Positions 7,307 through 15,810 of a DNA stretch of 25,729 nucleotides are shown one piece after another; positions within the stretch are counted from its first letter, which is position 1; the number at the start of each line of letters is the position of its first letter. The notes under the pieces are model-generated. The model worked only from the letters and a program-made list of their open reading frames with translations, was not told the origin of the DNA and did no database searches. A program made the translations under genes and the position numbers. This stretch comes from Candidatus Calditenuaceae archaeon. Its GTDB lineage: Archaea; Thermoproteota; Nitrososphaeria_A; Caldarchaeales; Calditenuaceae. The stretch lies in contig JANXEE010000024.1 of the NCBI GenBank assembly GCA_025058225.1, positions 1-25,729 on the forward strand, read 5' to 3'.

Positions 7307-7888
7307 ATGCAGCACCCGCTCGAGGAACCGATAAGGTGCTTTGTGGCGGTGGACGTCTTCGCACCGGAGATCACGAGAACTATTGCGTCCATCGGAAGGG
7401 AGCTGACCGAGTCGGGACTGTTGGCCAAGCAGGTCGACCCGGAGTCGTTGCACGTCACGCTTCAGTTCCTCGGGGAGCAGCCGAAGGAGGTCGTCGAGAG
7501 GTTGAAGGAAGAGCTCTCGAACATCAAGTTCAGGCCCTTCACGGTCAGGCTTTCGGGGTTGGGGTACTTCCCCGGGGGAGGGAGGATCAACGTCGTCTGG
7601 GTGGGAGTTCACGATCCCAGCGGCGAGATGCGTAACCTTCAGAGGGAGGTGACTGAGCGGACCGCGAAGCTCGGGCTGAGGCCCGACAAGGAGTTCTCGC
7701 CTCACATCACCATACTGAGGGTGAAGGGCGTCAGGAACAGGCCGAAGGTGCTGGAGGTGATGGAGAGACACTCGAAGATCGAGCTCGGCGAGGTCGTCGT
7801 CGACCGGTTCAAGCTCAAGAGGAGCGTCCTGAGGCCCGAGGGACCCCTGTACACGGACCTGCTGGTGGTGAAGTCTTCACAGACCTGA
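7307..7888 (+). CDS. thpR: RNA 2',3'-cyclic phosphodiesterase / 2'-5' RNA ligase family (2H phosphoesterase)
   Basis: Two HxTx motifs are present: LHVTLQFLG and PHITILRV. Size is about 193 aa counted from ATG 7307 (MQHPLEEPIRCFVAVD...). The track start at 7205 would overlap the tape measure gene and adds a non-homologous extension. Confidence 0.85.
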   Translation: MQHPLEEPIRCFVAVDVFAPEITRTIASIGRELTESGLLAKQVDPESLHVTLQFLGEQPKEVVERLKEELSNIKFRPFTVRLSGLGYFPGGGRINVVWVGVHDPSGEMRNLQREVTERTAKLGLRPDKEFSPHITILRVKGVRNRPKVLEVMERHSKIELGEVVVDRFKLKRSVLRPEGPLYTDLLVVKSSQT

Positions 7889-7890
7889 AT

Positions 7891-9990
7891 TCAGATCCGT
7901 TCCCTGTAGAGGGACATCGAGTTCAACGTGACCGAGATCGAGCTCATCGCCATCGCGACCGCTGCGTAAACCGGGTTCAGGAGCAGACCGAGCGGGTAAA
8001 GAGCCCCGGCTGCGACCGGTATGAGGGCCACGTTGTACGCGAACGCCCAGAAGAGGTTCTGTTTGATTTTCCTGACGGTGGACTTGCTTATGTCGATGGC
8101 CCTCACGACGTCCATCAGGTCGTCGCGGAGGAGTATGAGGCTGCCGGCCTGCTTCGCGACGTCCGTACCGGAGCCTATCGAGATCCCGACGTCGGCCTCG
8201 ACGAGCGCTGGTGCGTCGTTGATGCCGTCGCCGACCATCACCACCACACCGCCGGCGCTCCTCAGCTCCCTGATGAACTCGGCCTTCTGGTGGGGAAGCA
8301 GCGATGCCTTGAACTCTTTGACGCCGATCTGCTCTGCAACGGCCCTCGCGGTCTCCTCGTTGTCGCCCGTGAGCATCAGGACCTTGACGCCCCTGGCCTT
8401 CAGCTCCCCGACCGCCTCCCTCGCCTCCTCCCTCGGCAGGTCCAGCAACCCTATCGCGCCGATGGCCCTACCGTTGACCCCCACAGCTACGGTCGTCAGT
8501 CCGGAGGCCTGCATCTCCTCGGCCTCCTCAAGGAGGGCGTGGGGGACCTCGACACCCTCTGACTCGAGGAACCTCAGACTTCCCACTACCACGGTGGAGC
8601 CGTTGACCCGCGCGGTCACACCCCTGCCGGGATGACTGCTCCCCTCCCTCGGCTCGATGAAATCTATGCCCTTCGATCTGGCGTGCTCGACTATGGCCTG
8701 CGCTATCGGGTGGTTGGAGGACAACTCGGCAGATGCCGCGTATTTCAGGACCTCCTCCTCCCTCAGCCATTCAAGCGCCGTGACCCTGAAGACCTTCGGG
8801 TTGCCGTAGGTGAGGGTTCCGGTCTTGTCGAAGACCACCACTGCGACCCTCCTGAGGACCTCCAAGGCTTCACCGGACCTGATCAGCATCCCCCTCTTGG
8901 CGGCCCTCCCAGCGCTGATCATGATGGCGGCGGGCGTTGCTATTCCCAGCGCACACGGACACGCGACGATGAGCACCGAGACGGCCACGAGCATGGAGAA
9001 GTTGAACGGCATCCCTGCCACGACCGACCAGTAGAGGGAGGAGGCAACTGCAACCACCACTACCACGGGGACGAAGACCGAGGCAACCCTGTCGGCGAGC
9101 CTCTGCAGCGGAACCCTCGAGAGTATCGCCTCTTGGACGGTCCTTATGATCTGCGAGAGCGTGGTCTCTTGGCCTGTTCTCAGAGCCCTCACCCTGATCA
9201 GCCCCGTGAGGTTAACAGTACCGGCGATGACCTCGTCGCCGACGCGCTTCTCGACCGGTACGCTCTCGCCTGTCATGGAGGACTGATCGACGCTCGTGTA
9301 ACCGTCAACGATCACACCGTCGACCGATATCCTCTCGCCGGGCCTGACGACGACCACCTCACCAGCCTCAACCTCCTCCGCCGGCACGGAGACCTCCTGA
9401 CCATCCCTGACCACGACGGCCCTGTCGGGGTGGAGCTCGTAGAGGGACCTCACCGCCTCCTCCGCCCTCACCCTTACCCGGTGCTCGAGAGCTCTGCCGA
9501 GTAGTATGAAACCGATGATAAGAGAAGACTCGAGGAAGTAGTACCTGTGATCCCCCTGTGGTGGCTGAACGAGCTGGGGGAGGAGCCCAAGGTCCTGCAT
9601 CACAACGAGCGCGCTGTAGGCCCAGGCGGTCGTCGTCCCTATGGCGATCAGACTGTCCATGTTGGCCTGCCTGGCCTTCAAGGCGTCGAGGAAACCTCTG
9701 TAGAACCTTAGCCCCGCGACGAACTGCACCGGAGTAGCGAGAGCGAGCAGCACTAACGCTGTCAGGTGGTGGTTCTGAACGGGTTTGAGGAGTTCCAGAA
9801 GACCTATCAGGGAGCCGACCGAGAGGCTGAAGCCGACGAGGTACCTGAGCCTCCGCAGCTCGATTTCGGGCTCAAGGAACTGGAGCATGCAGGACCTGCT
9901 GCAGAAGTAATAGGACACGCCTCCACGCTCGACCTTGAACTCAGGGCTCCGCTCGTCGACGTACATGCCGCAGACCAAGTCCCGCGCCAT
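7891..9990 (-). CDS. copA: Cu(I)-translocating P1B-type ATPase with N-terminal YHS/TRASH metal-binding domain
   Basis: Motifs seen: [27 protein letters not shown] ([10 protein letters not shown]) and MxxSS (MAMSSIS). The N-terminus is [32 protein letters not shown]. The track start at 10002 is GTG; the first ATG is at 9990 (MARDLVCGM...). Confidence 0.9.
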   Translation of the reverse strand: MARDLVCGMYVDERSPEFKVERGGVSYYFCSRSCMLQFLEPEIELRRLRYLVGFSLSVGSLIGLLELLKPVQNHHLTALVLLALATPVQFVAGLRFYRGFLDALKARQANMDSLIAIGTTTAWAYSALVVMQDLGLLPQLVQPPQGDHRYYFLESSLIIGFILLGRALEHRVRVRAEEAVRSLYELHPDRAVVVRDGQEVSVPAEEVEAGEVVVVRPGERISVDGVIVDGYTSVDQSSMTGESVPVEKRVGDEVIAGTVNLTGLIRVRALRTGQETTLSQIIRTVQEAILSRVPLQRLADRVASVFVPVVVVVAVASSLYWSVVAGMPFNFSMLVAVSVLIVACPCALGIATPAAIMISAGRAAKRGMLIRSGEALEVLRRVAVVVFDKTGTLTYGNPKVFRVTALEWLREEEVLKYAASAELSSNHPIAQAIVEHARSKGIDFIEPREGSSHPGRGVTARVNGSTVVVGSLRFLESEGVEVPHALLEEAEEMQASGLTTVAVGVNGRAIGAIGLLDLPREEAREAVGELKARGVKVLMLTGDNEETARAVAEQIGVKEFKASLLPHQKAEFIRELRSAGGVVVMVGDGINDAPALVEADVGISIGSGTDVAKQAGSLILLRDDLMDVVRAIDISKSTVRKIKQNLFWAFAYNVALIPVAAGALYPLGLLLNPVYAAVAMAMSSISVTLNSMSLYRERI

Positions 9991-10014
9991 CGAAGCAGAC
10001 ACGTCGTATCACCG

Positions 10015-10020
10015 TTATAA
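10015..10020. promoter_or_regulatory. palindromic TATA element TTATAA shared by divergent copA and the DUF420-like gene
   Basis: It is the only AT-rich hexamer in the 55-bp interval between ATG 9990 (minus) and ATG 10046 (plus). Its centre is about 27.5 nt from one ATG and about 28.5 nt from the other. Confidence 0.45.
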
Positions 10021-10045
10021 CTTGCTCCCAAAGTCGTGAGGTTGT

Positions 10046-10600
10046 ATGGTCAACGTCAGGAGGCACACCGCCCTGACAGCTGTCGTGACTCTGGTGGCCT
10101 ACACGCTCCTGAGCTACCTGCTCCTCTCGCCGAGGGAGTCGGTTGAGGTTGGTTGGGCTGTCGAGGTGCTGCCCCACGCGATAGCCGCGGTGAACCTCAC
10201 GGGGCTGATCTCGTTACAGCTTGGGTACAGGGCCATCAAGAGGGGAGACGTGAGGTCCCACAAGCTCTTCATGCTGGCGAGCTTCCTGCTCATAACGGCG
10301 TTCCTCGTGATGTACGTCTCGAGGCTGTTTCTGGGAGGAGTTGAGGTCTACAGGGGCCCGGAGGTCCTGAGGAACTTCGTCTACATCCCGGTACTCGCGA
10401 TCCACCTCGCCCTCTCCATAATCTCGGTCCCTCTGGTCTTCTTCAACGTCCTGACGGGTGGAACTATTCCGATAGCTTACATCTCGCAGACACCTCACCC
10501 GAAGGTCGGCAGGATAGCGTACGCCGCGTGGTCCGTGAGCCTAGCTCTTGGGGTCGTCGTCTACATCTTCCTGAGGTACCTCAACGTCCCTGAACACTAG
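10046..10600 (+). CDS. DUF420-like (CtaM-like) integral membrane protein
   Basis: 184 aa with 4-5 predicted TM helices. The pattern LPHAIAAVNLTGLISLQLGYRAIKRGDVRSHKLFMLASFLL..FLVMYV...IPVLAIHLALSIISVP resembles the DUF420 family. Assignment is from memory. Confidence 0.55.
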   Translation: MVNVRRHTALTAVVTLVAYTLLSYLLLSPRESVEVGWAVEVLPHAIAAVNLTGLISLQLGYRAIKRGDVRSHKLFMLASFLLITAFLVMYVSRLFLGGVEVYRGPEVLRNFVYIPVLAIHLALSIISVPLVFFNVLTGGTIPIAYISQTPHPKVGRIAYAAWSVSLALGVVVYIFLRYLNVPEH

Positions 10601-11451
10601 GGGGCTGAGGCGTCGCAGAGAGCCCTGTAGTCGCGCTCGTCCAGCTGCCATCCCGAGGCGCCGGCGTTCTCCTCGAGGTGCCTTCTCGAGACGGCCTTCG
10701 GTATCGTGATGACGTTCTCGTGGTGGATGACCCAGTTCAGCGCCACCTGAGCCGGTGTGACGCCGTACTTCGCGGCGACCCTCGTCAGCTCCCTCCCGAG
10801 CTTGGACCCCCTCTCGACCTCGCGGAGGACTCTCCCCTGAGCGAGCGGGCTGTAGGCCGTGACCGTGATCCCCTGCCTCATGCAGTGGGGCAGCAGATCG
10901 ACCTCGATCGACCTGTTGAGGAGGTTGTACTCGACTTGGTTCGCGACGACGTCCGTCACCGAGAGGCAGCTCCTCGCCTCCTCCAGCAGCTCGACCGAGA
11001 AGTTGCTGACGCCTATGTGCCTTATCTTCCCGTCCTTGTAAAGCCTCTCGAGGGCCCTCATCGACTCCCTCAGAGGCACCTCATCCGACGGCCAGTGTAT
11101 CATGTAGAGGTCGACGTACTTCAGCCCGAGCCTCCTCAGGCTCATCTCGCACGACCTCAGGACCTGATCGTACCTGAGGTTGGTCGGCCAGACCTTGGTC
11201 GCCACGAAGACCTCGTCCCTGGGGAGGTCCCTGATCGCCTCTCCCACGAGCTCCTCCGAATGGCCGCCACCGTACATCTCCGCGGTGTCGATGTGGGTCA
11301 TCCCCAGCTGGATCGCGTACCTGATCGCATCGACGCACTCCCTGTCCCTGCTGAGATCGGGCCTGGGCCCTCCACCCATCCTCCACGTCCCGAGACCTAC
11401 CTCCGTAACGAGCTCGGAGGTCTTGCCCAGACGCCTCTTCAGGACCTTCAC
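10597..11451 (-). CDS. aldo/keto reductase
   Basis: 284 aa with the AKR catalytic tetrad context: HIDTAEMYGGG (D, Y), FVATKVW (K) and YMIHWP (H). Its stop overlaps the convergent DUF420-like stop within CTAG (10597-10600). Confidence 0.9.
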   Translation of the reverse strand: MKVLKRRLGKTSELVTEVGLGTWRMGGGPRPDLSRDRECVDAIRYAIQLGMTHIDTAEMYGGGHSEELVGEAIRDLPRDEVFVATKVWPTNLRYDQVLRSCEMSLRRLGLKYVDLYMIHWPSDEVPLRESMRALERLYKDGKIRHIGVSNFSVELLEEARSCLSVTDVVANQVEYNLLNRSIEVDLLPHCMRQGITVTAYSPLAQGRVLREVERGSKLGRELTRVAAKYGVTPAQVALNWVIHHENVITIPKAVSRRHLEENAGASGWQLDERDYRALCDASAP

Positions 11452-11464
11452 CGGACCATCGACC

Positions 11465-12769
11465 CTACTCGTATTTGAGAGCCCTCACCGGGTCTATCTT
11501 GGAGGCCCTCCAGGCAGGATAGAGACCGCTCGCGATGCCGACCAGCGCACCGATGCCCATCGCCAGAGGTATCCACTCGGGTCTGATGACGACCGGCAGC
11601 GTCACGGCGGTGAAGGGCCCCGAGTTCAGGAAGAGCGCGCCGAGTAATATCCCCAGCGGAACGGCCACCAGCGAACCTATCAACCCCACGAGCGAGGACT
11701 CGAAGAGGAACATGTTGAGGACGTCGCGCCTCTTGGCACCGATCGCCCTCAGGACACCTATCTCCTTCGTGCGTTCCGTGACGTTGACCAGCATGATGTT
11801 CGCGATCCCGATGGACCCGACCAGCAGAGCGAACGAGCCTATCTGCAGGACGAAGCCCGCGAAGAGCTGGATCTGTTCCCTGATGAAGCTGACGAGCTCG
11901 CCCGTGGAGATGGTGATGAACCGGAGGTTCGGGACCTCCCTCCTCCTGAGACGCTCCGCGTCGGAGTTGGTCCGCATGTACTCGAGGACCTTGTTCTGGA
12001 CCTGCTCGAGCTCCGTCACCGAGTTGACCCGGATCCCGACGACCCTGAAGACCCTCTGGACCCCCGCCCCCGGAATAGGCCGCTCGACGTCGTAGTAGTG
12101 CTCGAGGTTGAGGTACGCGGCGTTCTGGAAGATGAAAGGTATCTCCTTGATGATCCCGACGATCCGCGCCTGAACGGACCTCTTGACCCCCTCCTCGACG
12201 AAGTTGAGCTCGATGGTCCTACCGATCACGAGGTCCAGTCTCTCCTCGTCGCCGATCTCCTTGGCTATCCTCTGAGCGATGTCATAGGTCACCACGGTCT
12301 CGAACTCGTTCCTGAAGGTCCTGCCGAGGTAGAGCTGATTGGGCGTGAAGGCGTTGGGAGTTATCGCGATGATCCTGAAGCCTCCGAAACCCGAGGAGAC
12401 CTGTTTCCCTCTGAACCTGATCGGGCCGTTGATGTCTGGCTGGAGGTCGCCGCTGGCGTAGACGTCCTTTACGCCCGGGATCCTACTGAGGGTCGTCATG
12501 TCCCTCTCGGATATCATGGGGGTGGGATGGATGAAGAAGCTGGTGGCACCGACTCCAGACCTGATCTCGCCGACCGTGACGGAGAACGTGTCGGGCGCGA
12601 AGAGGTCCGTGAACCTGGAGATGAAGAAGGTCTCGACGCTGGAGGACATCATGACGACGGTGATGACGGTCGCGACGCCGAAGATGACACCGAGGGTGGT
12701 GAGTATGGACCTGAACTTGTGGGCTGAGACGTTCGACCACGCGACCAGGAACAGCTCCCTGAACCTCAA
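11465..12769 (-). CDS. ABC transporter permease, MacB/FtsX-like
   Basis: 434 aa. An N-terminal TM segment (FRSILTTLGVIFGVATVITVV) is followed by a large extracytoplasmic domain and a C-terminal FtsX-type 3-TM bundle (KEIGVLRAIGAKRRDV...). No ATPase gene is adjacent. Confidence 0.85.
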   Translation of the reverse strand: MRFRELFLVAWSNVSAHKFRSILTTLGVIFGVATVITVVMMSSSVETFFISRFTDLFAPDTFSVTVGEIRSGVGATSFFIHPTPMISERDMTTLSRIPGVKDVYASGDLQPDINGPIRFRGKQVSSGFGGFRIIAITPNAFTPNQLYLGRTFRNEFETVVTYDIAQRIAKEIGDEERLDLVIGRTIELNFVEEGVKRSVQARIVGIIKEIPFIFQNAAYLNLEHYYDVERPIPGAGVQRVFRVVGIRVNSVTELEQVQNKVLEYMRTNSDAERLRRREVPNLRFITISTGELVSFIREQIQLFAGFVLQIGSFALLVGSIGIANIMLVNVTERTKEIGVLRAIGAKRRDVLNMFLFESSLVGLIGSLVAVPLGILLGALFLNSGPFTAVTLPVVIRPEWIPLAMGIGALVGIASGLYPAWRASKIDPVRALKYE

Positions 12770-12833
12770 GCTCTCGACCGCTCCCTACGTCATCAAGCTG
12801 ATTAAAAGGACTGAGCCTGACCTACAGGCGACA

Positions 12834-14744
12834 TCAGAAGATGCCCAGGGCCCTGCCCAGCAGGAAGACCACCAGAACGAGGATGCCGAGGGCGATGCCG
12901 GCGACGTTGACGTTGCTGCTGCCGGTCTGGATGTACCTGAAGGCCTGAACGAAGTAGACGAACGCCTTGGCGGAGGAGTAGTTGAGGCCGTCGATGACGC
13001 GTTCCTCGATGTTGCGCCTGATCCAGGAGGAGAGCTTGATGAAGCCCGTCACGAACACCAGCTCGAATGCCTGGTCGATGTAGTAGCGGTTCACCAGCAG
13101 CGTGTGTACCGGTTTGAGTGCGCCCTCTCTCACCTTCGACGGATCACTCTTACCCGAGAAGTAGAACAGGTAGGAGACGCCGAAACCGGTGACCAGCACG
13201 ACACCGGAGACCACGTAGGCCAACGGATCGACTTTGATGTGCTCGACGCCGAGGTAGTGGAGGAACTCCTCCTCCAGTGGGGGAAGGCCCAGAACTGCGG
13301 CTAGGGCAGCGAGGACGATCAGGGGCACCGTCATGACCTTGGGGGACTCGTGAAGGCCGCCGTGGCCGTCGGCGTGGGCGTGGGACGGCAGATGGCCCCT
13401 GAACTCACCGAGGAAGACCTTGCTCACCCACCTCATGCTGTAGATCACGGTCAGGACGGACGCCGACACCACGAGGGCCAAGGGTATCCAGTGACCTCCC
13501 TTGATCAGCGAGTTGATGACCAGGTCCTTCGTGAAGAAGCCGCTGAGCGGCGGGACGCCGGAGAGGCTGAGGGCCCCGACGAGGGCCGTGTAGAAGGTGA
13601 CCGGCATGTACTTCCTGAGACCACCCATCTGGTCGATGTCGTTGGTAGCGACCGCGTGAATCACGGAGCCCGCCGCGAGGAAGAGGAGGGCCTTGAAGGC
13701 CGAGTGGCTCAGCAGGTGATAGACCCCGGAGGCCCAGCCCGCGACCGAGCCGGCGCCGATCGCCGCGAACATCAGGGCCAGCTGGCTGATCGTCGAGTAC
13801 GCCACCACCCTCTTGATGTCGTTCATGACGAGGCCCATGGTGGCCGCGAAGAGAGAGGTGAAGCTGCCGATGGTGATCATCAGCGCGTACCAGTCGGAGA
13901 GCTGTGCTGTGCCGAAGTGCTCGACCGGGACCAGCGTCCAGGAATATCTGGCCATCAGGTAGACTCCGGCCTTGACCATCGTTGCGGCGTGGATGAGCGC
14001 GCTGACAGGGGTGGGGCCCTCCATCGCGTCCGGGAGCCAGACGTGGAGCGGGAACTGGGCGGACTTACCCATCGCTCCACCGAAGGCCAGCAGCATGACC
14101 AGCCCCATGAAGCCGGGGTCGATGCCGCGGGCGTGGACCTCGTGGGCGATCTCCGAGACGCTGAGCGACCCGAACCTCGAGAAGAGGAGCGCTATTGAGG
14201 CGAAGAGCATGACGTCACCTATCCTCGTGGTGACGAAGGCCTTGATCCCGGCGAGCCTCGCCTCCTTCCTGTGGTAGTAGAAGCTGATGAGCCCGTAGCT
14301 GCAGATGCCCACGATCTCCCAGCCGATGTAGAGGCCTGCGAGGCTGTCCGAGACGACCAGCAGCGTCATGCCGCCGATGAAGAAGGTCATGAAGAACCAG
14401 TACCTCGGTAGACCCTCCTCGTGGGACATGTAACCCACGGAGTAGATCAGGATGAGGAGGCCGATGCCGTTGGCGATGGCTGCCATGAGGACCGAGAGGG
14501 GGTCCAGGAGAACGCCGAACTTCAGCTCTGTGCCGCCGGGGAGGACGAGCCACGAGGCCTCGACGACCTGAGAGGGCTTGCCGTAGACATCCGGGACCAT
14601 CGAGACGGCGAAGGCCGTTGAGAGCGCAACCAGCGAGATCGAGTAGAGCTCACCGACACGCTTGCCGAGTTTGAAGAACGCGGGCACCAGCGTCGACCCG
14701 AGGATCGGTATCAGCCAGACCAGCCAGGGCGCGTAGGGCAGCAT
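12834..14744 (-). CDS. nuoL: NADH-quinone oxidoreductase subunit L-like (NuoL/MrpA family proton-translocating subunit)
   Basis: 636 aa and polytopic. It has the typical N-terminus (MLPYAPWLVWLIPILGS) and a C-terminal lateral-helix region (NRYYIDQAFELVFV...VIDGLNYSSAKAF...IQTGSSNVNVAGIALG) characteristic of subunit L. Confidence 0.8.
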   Translation of the reverse strand: MLPYAPWLVWLIPILGSTLVPAFFKLGKRVGELYSISLVALSTAFAVSMVPDVYGKPSQVVEASWLVLPGGTELKFGVLLDPLSVLMAAIANGIGLLILIYSVGYMSHEEGLPRYWFFMTFFIGGMTLLVVSDSLAGLYIGWEIVGICSYGLISFYYHRKEARLAGIKAFVTTRIGDVMLFASIALLFSRFGSLSVSEIAHEVHARGIDPGFMGLVMLLAFGGAMGKSAQFPLHVWLPDAMEGPTPVSALIHAATMVKAGVYLMARYSWTLVPVEHFGTAQLSDWYALMITIGSFTSLFAATMGLVMNDIKRVVAYSTISQLALMFAAIGAGSVAGWASGVYHLLSHSAFKALLFLAAGSVIHAVATNDIDQMGGLRKYMPVTFYTALVGALSLSGVPPLSGFFTKDLVINSLIKGGHWIPLALVVSASVLTVIYSMRWVSKVFLGEFRGHLPSHAHADGHGGLHESPKVMTVPLIVLAALAAVLGLPPLEEEFLHYLGVEHIKVDPLAYVVSGVVLVTGFGVSYLFYFSGKSDPSKVREGALKPVHTLLVNRYYIDQAFELVFVTGFIKLSSWIRRNIEERVIDGLNYSSAKAFVYFVQAFRYIQTGSSNVNVAGIALGILVLVVFLLGRALGIF

Positions 14745-14999
14745 GACCCTCGGATAGCCCGCTATACTTCAGAATAAAGGCTTGACCCTGCGGAAAGGAC
14801 TAGGTCGACCAGGGCGTGGAGGACGGCCCCACGGGCAGAGGCCCTCTCAGGGTTATCCCAGGCCCCTGAACTGATACGGCGATGGTCGGAGTCCAGAGGA
14901 GGGACGGGGGAGAGGAAGCGATGGGGGGCGCGCAGGTAGATGACCGGGACTCGAGAGCTCGGGCAAATGGTGATGTATACTGCGTGTCAATGTAGGGTC

Positions 15000-15479
15000 G
15001 TGAGGCGGCTGGCCTGGGTGGGGTTGGCGGGGGCCATCGCGGTGATGCTGCTGGTCACGCTGATGGCCGTGAACCCCGACAGGGGCGGGGCGGGCGGAGG
15101 GCCCTGCGTAGACAGGCTGGGGTTCGACGAGAGGAACGGCGTGACACTGACTCTGAGGCCGGCCTTCGTCGGAGGCGGTGTCAGGTCGATCGAGTACACG
15201 ATCGTGAACAGGAGGAGCGAGCCGATCTACTTCGGCGCGCCGTACGACGTCCAGAGGTTCACCGACGGCAAATGGGTCACGGTGGACTGGATGAAGGACC
15301 GAGTCTGGATAATGATACTCTACTCGCTGAACTCCGGGGAGTCGATGACGCTTACGGTTGAGCTCCCGGAAGACATCGAGCCCGGATGCTACCGACTCGT
15401 CAAGGAGGTGATGCTGCGGGACACCACGGAATCCAAGTGGAAGGTAGAGCTGGTTGCGACGTTCGTCGTGGAGCGTTGA
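15000..15479 (+). CDS. hypothetical secreted or membrane-anchored protein with Ig-like beta-rich domain
   Basis: The track ORF is 14940..15479. GTG at 15000 gives a classic signal/anchor N-terminus ((M)RRLAWVGLAGAIAVMLLVTLMAV) and lies about 24 nt downstream of the TATA-like ATGTATAC (14973-14980). Starts at 14940 or 14967 remain possible. I recognise no family. Confidence 0.5.
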   Translation: MRRLAWVGLAGAIAVMLLVTLMAVNPDRGGAGGGPCVDRLGFDERNGVTLTLRPAFVGGGVRSIEYTIVNRRSEPIYFGAPYDVQRFTDGKWVTVDWMKDRVWIMILYSLNSGESMTLTVELPEDIEPGCYRLVKEVMLRDTTESKWKVELVATFVVER

Positions 15480-15530
15480 TCCTCAGCGGCCGATGAGAGT
15501 TAAATTAGGGGCGCGTGAGAGTAACGACAG

Positions 15531-15641
15531 GCCGGGGTACCTCAGCTGGCTAGAGGCGTTTGCCGGACAGAGGGCCGCGCTCATAATCCCTCGGTGAGGG
15601 ATGAATCGCGGTTGTCGTGGGTTCGAATCCCACCCCCGGCA
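15531..15641 (+). tRNA. tRNA-Met(CAU) (elongator or Ile2-type) with two introns
   Basis: Acceptor GCCGGGG (15531-37) / CCCCGGC (15634-40). D-arm CCTC-AGCTGGCTA-GAGG (15540-56). Anticodon stem CCGCG (15575-79) / CGCGG (15607-11) with loop CTCATAA (15580-86). Variable loop TTGTC. T-arm GTGGG-TTCGAAT-CCCAC (15617-33). Discriminator A at 15641. There is an extra ~17 nt at 15558-15574 and an extra ~20 nt at about 15587-15606. 111 nt minus 37 nt gives a canonical 74 nt. CCA is not encoded. Confidence 0.8.
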
Positions 15642-15810
15642 GGTTCAACAGGAACCCTCATGAGATTCCGAACCAGACGTCATCAACGAAACCGGGCCCT
15701 CGTGTTGGAGGAACGGAGAGGCGATGGGTTACGAATGCGTGCTGCACGAAAAACAGTAACTCAATTAACGTAATGTCAATAGACTAAAAAAACGAGATGG
15801 AGAGGCTATG

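Noticed and set aside
7886-7893. Palindrome TGAATTCA holding the convergent thpR and copA stops, and CTAG at 10597-10600 holding the convergent DUF420-like and AKR stops
   Set aside because: These are real, but they are just consequences of a very compact genome with abutting convergent genes. No further structure such as a terminator hairpin or T-tract is associated with them.
8021-9504. Long plus-strand ORFs inside copA (8021..8635, 8290..8562, 8632..9504, 8810..9034)
   Set aside because: These are antisense to a gene with unambiguous P-type ATPase motifs. Their compositions are biased (Ser/Thr/Pro/Arg-rich) and they have no start context. The same reasoning applies to 10678..11478, 11180..11647, 11535..12095, 12098..12727, 12498..13304, 13350..14198, 2714..3445, 1810..2418, 3977..4474, 4735..5250, 7241..7771, 17019..17558, 18293..18664 and 19950..20411.
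15531-15641. Initiator tRNA-Met interpretation, and an alternative CCGGA/UCCGG anticodon stem
   Set aside because: The acceptor starts G1-C72 rather than A1-U72, and the anticodon stem lacks the three consecutive G-C pairs of initiators. The alternative stem would leave 5 unaccounted nucleotides between the D-arm and the anticodon stem, while the chosen fold gives exactly 74 nt.
15618-15641. Direct repeat of the tRNA 3' end elsewhere in the window (att site for the provirus or island)
   Set aside because: I scanned by eye for GGGTTCGAATCCCAC-like strings near 7264-7306 and across the island and found none. Only weak resemblance exists (GACTCGAATC at 7297-7306). Boundaries may lie outside the window.
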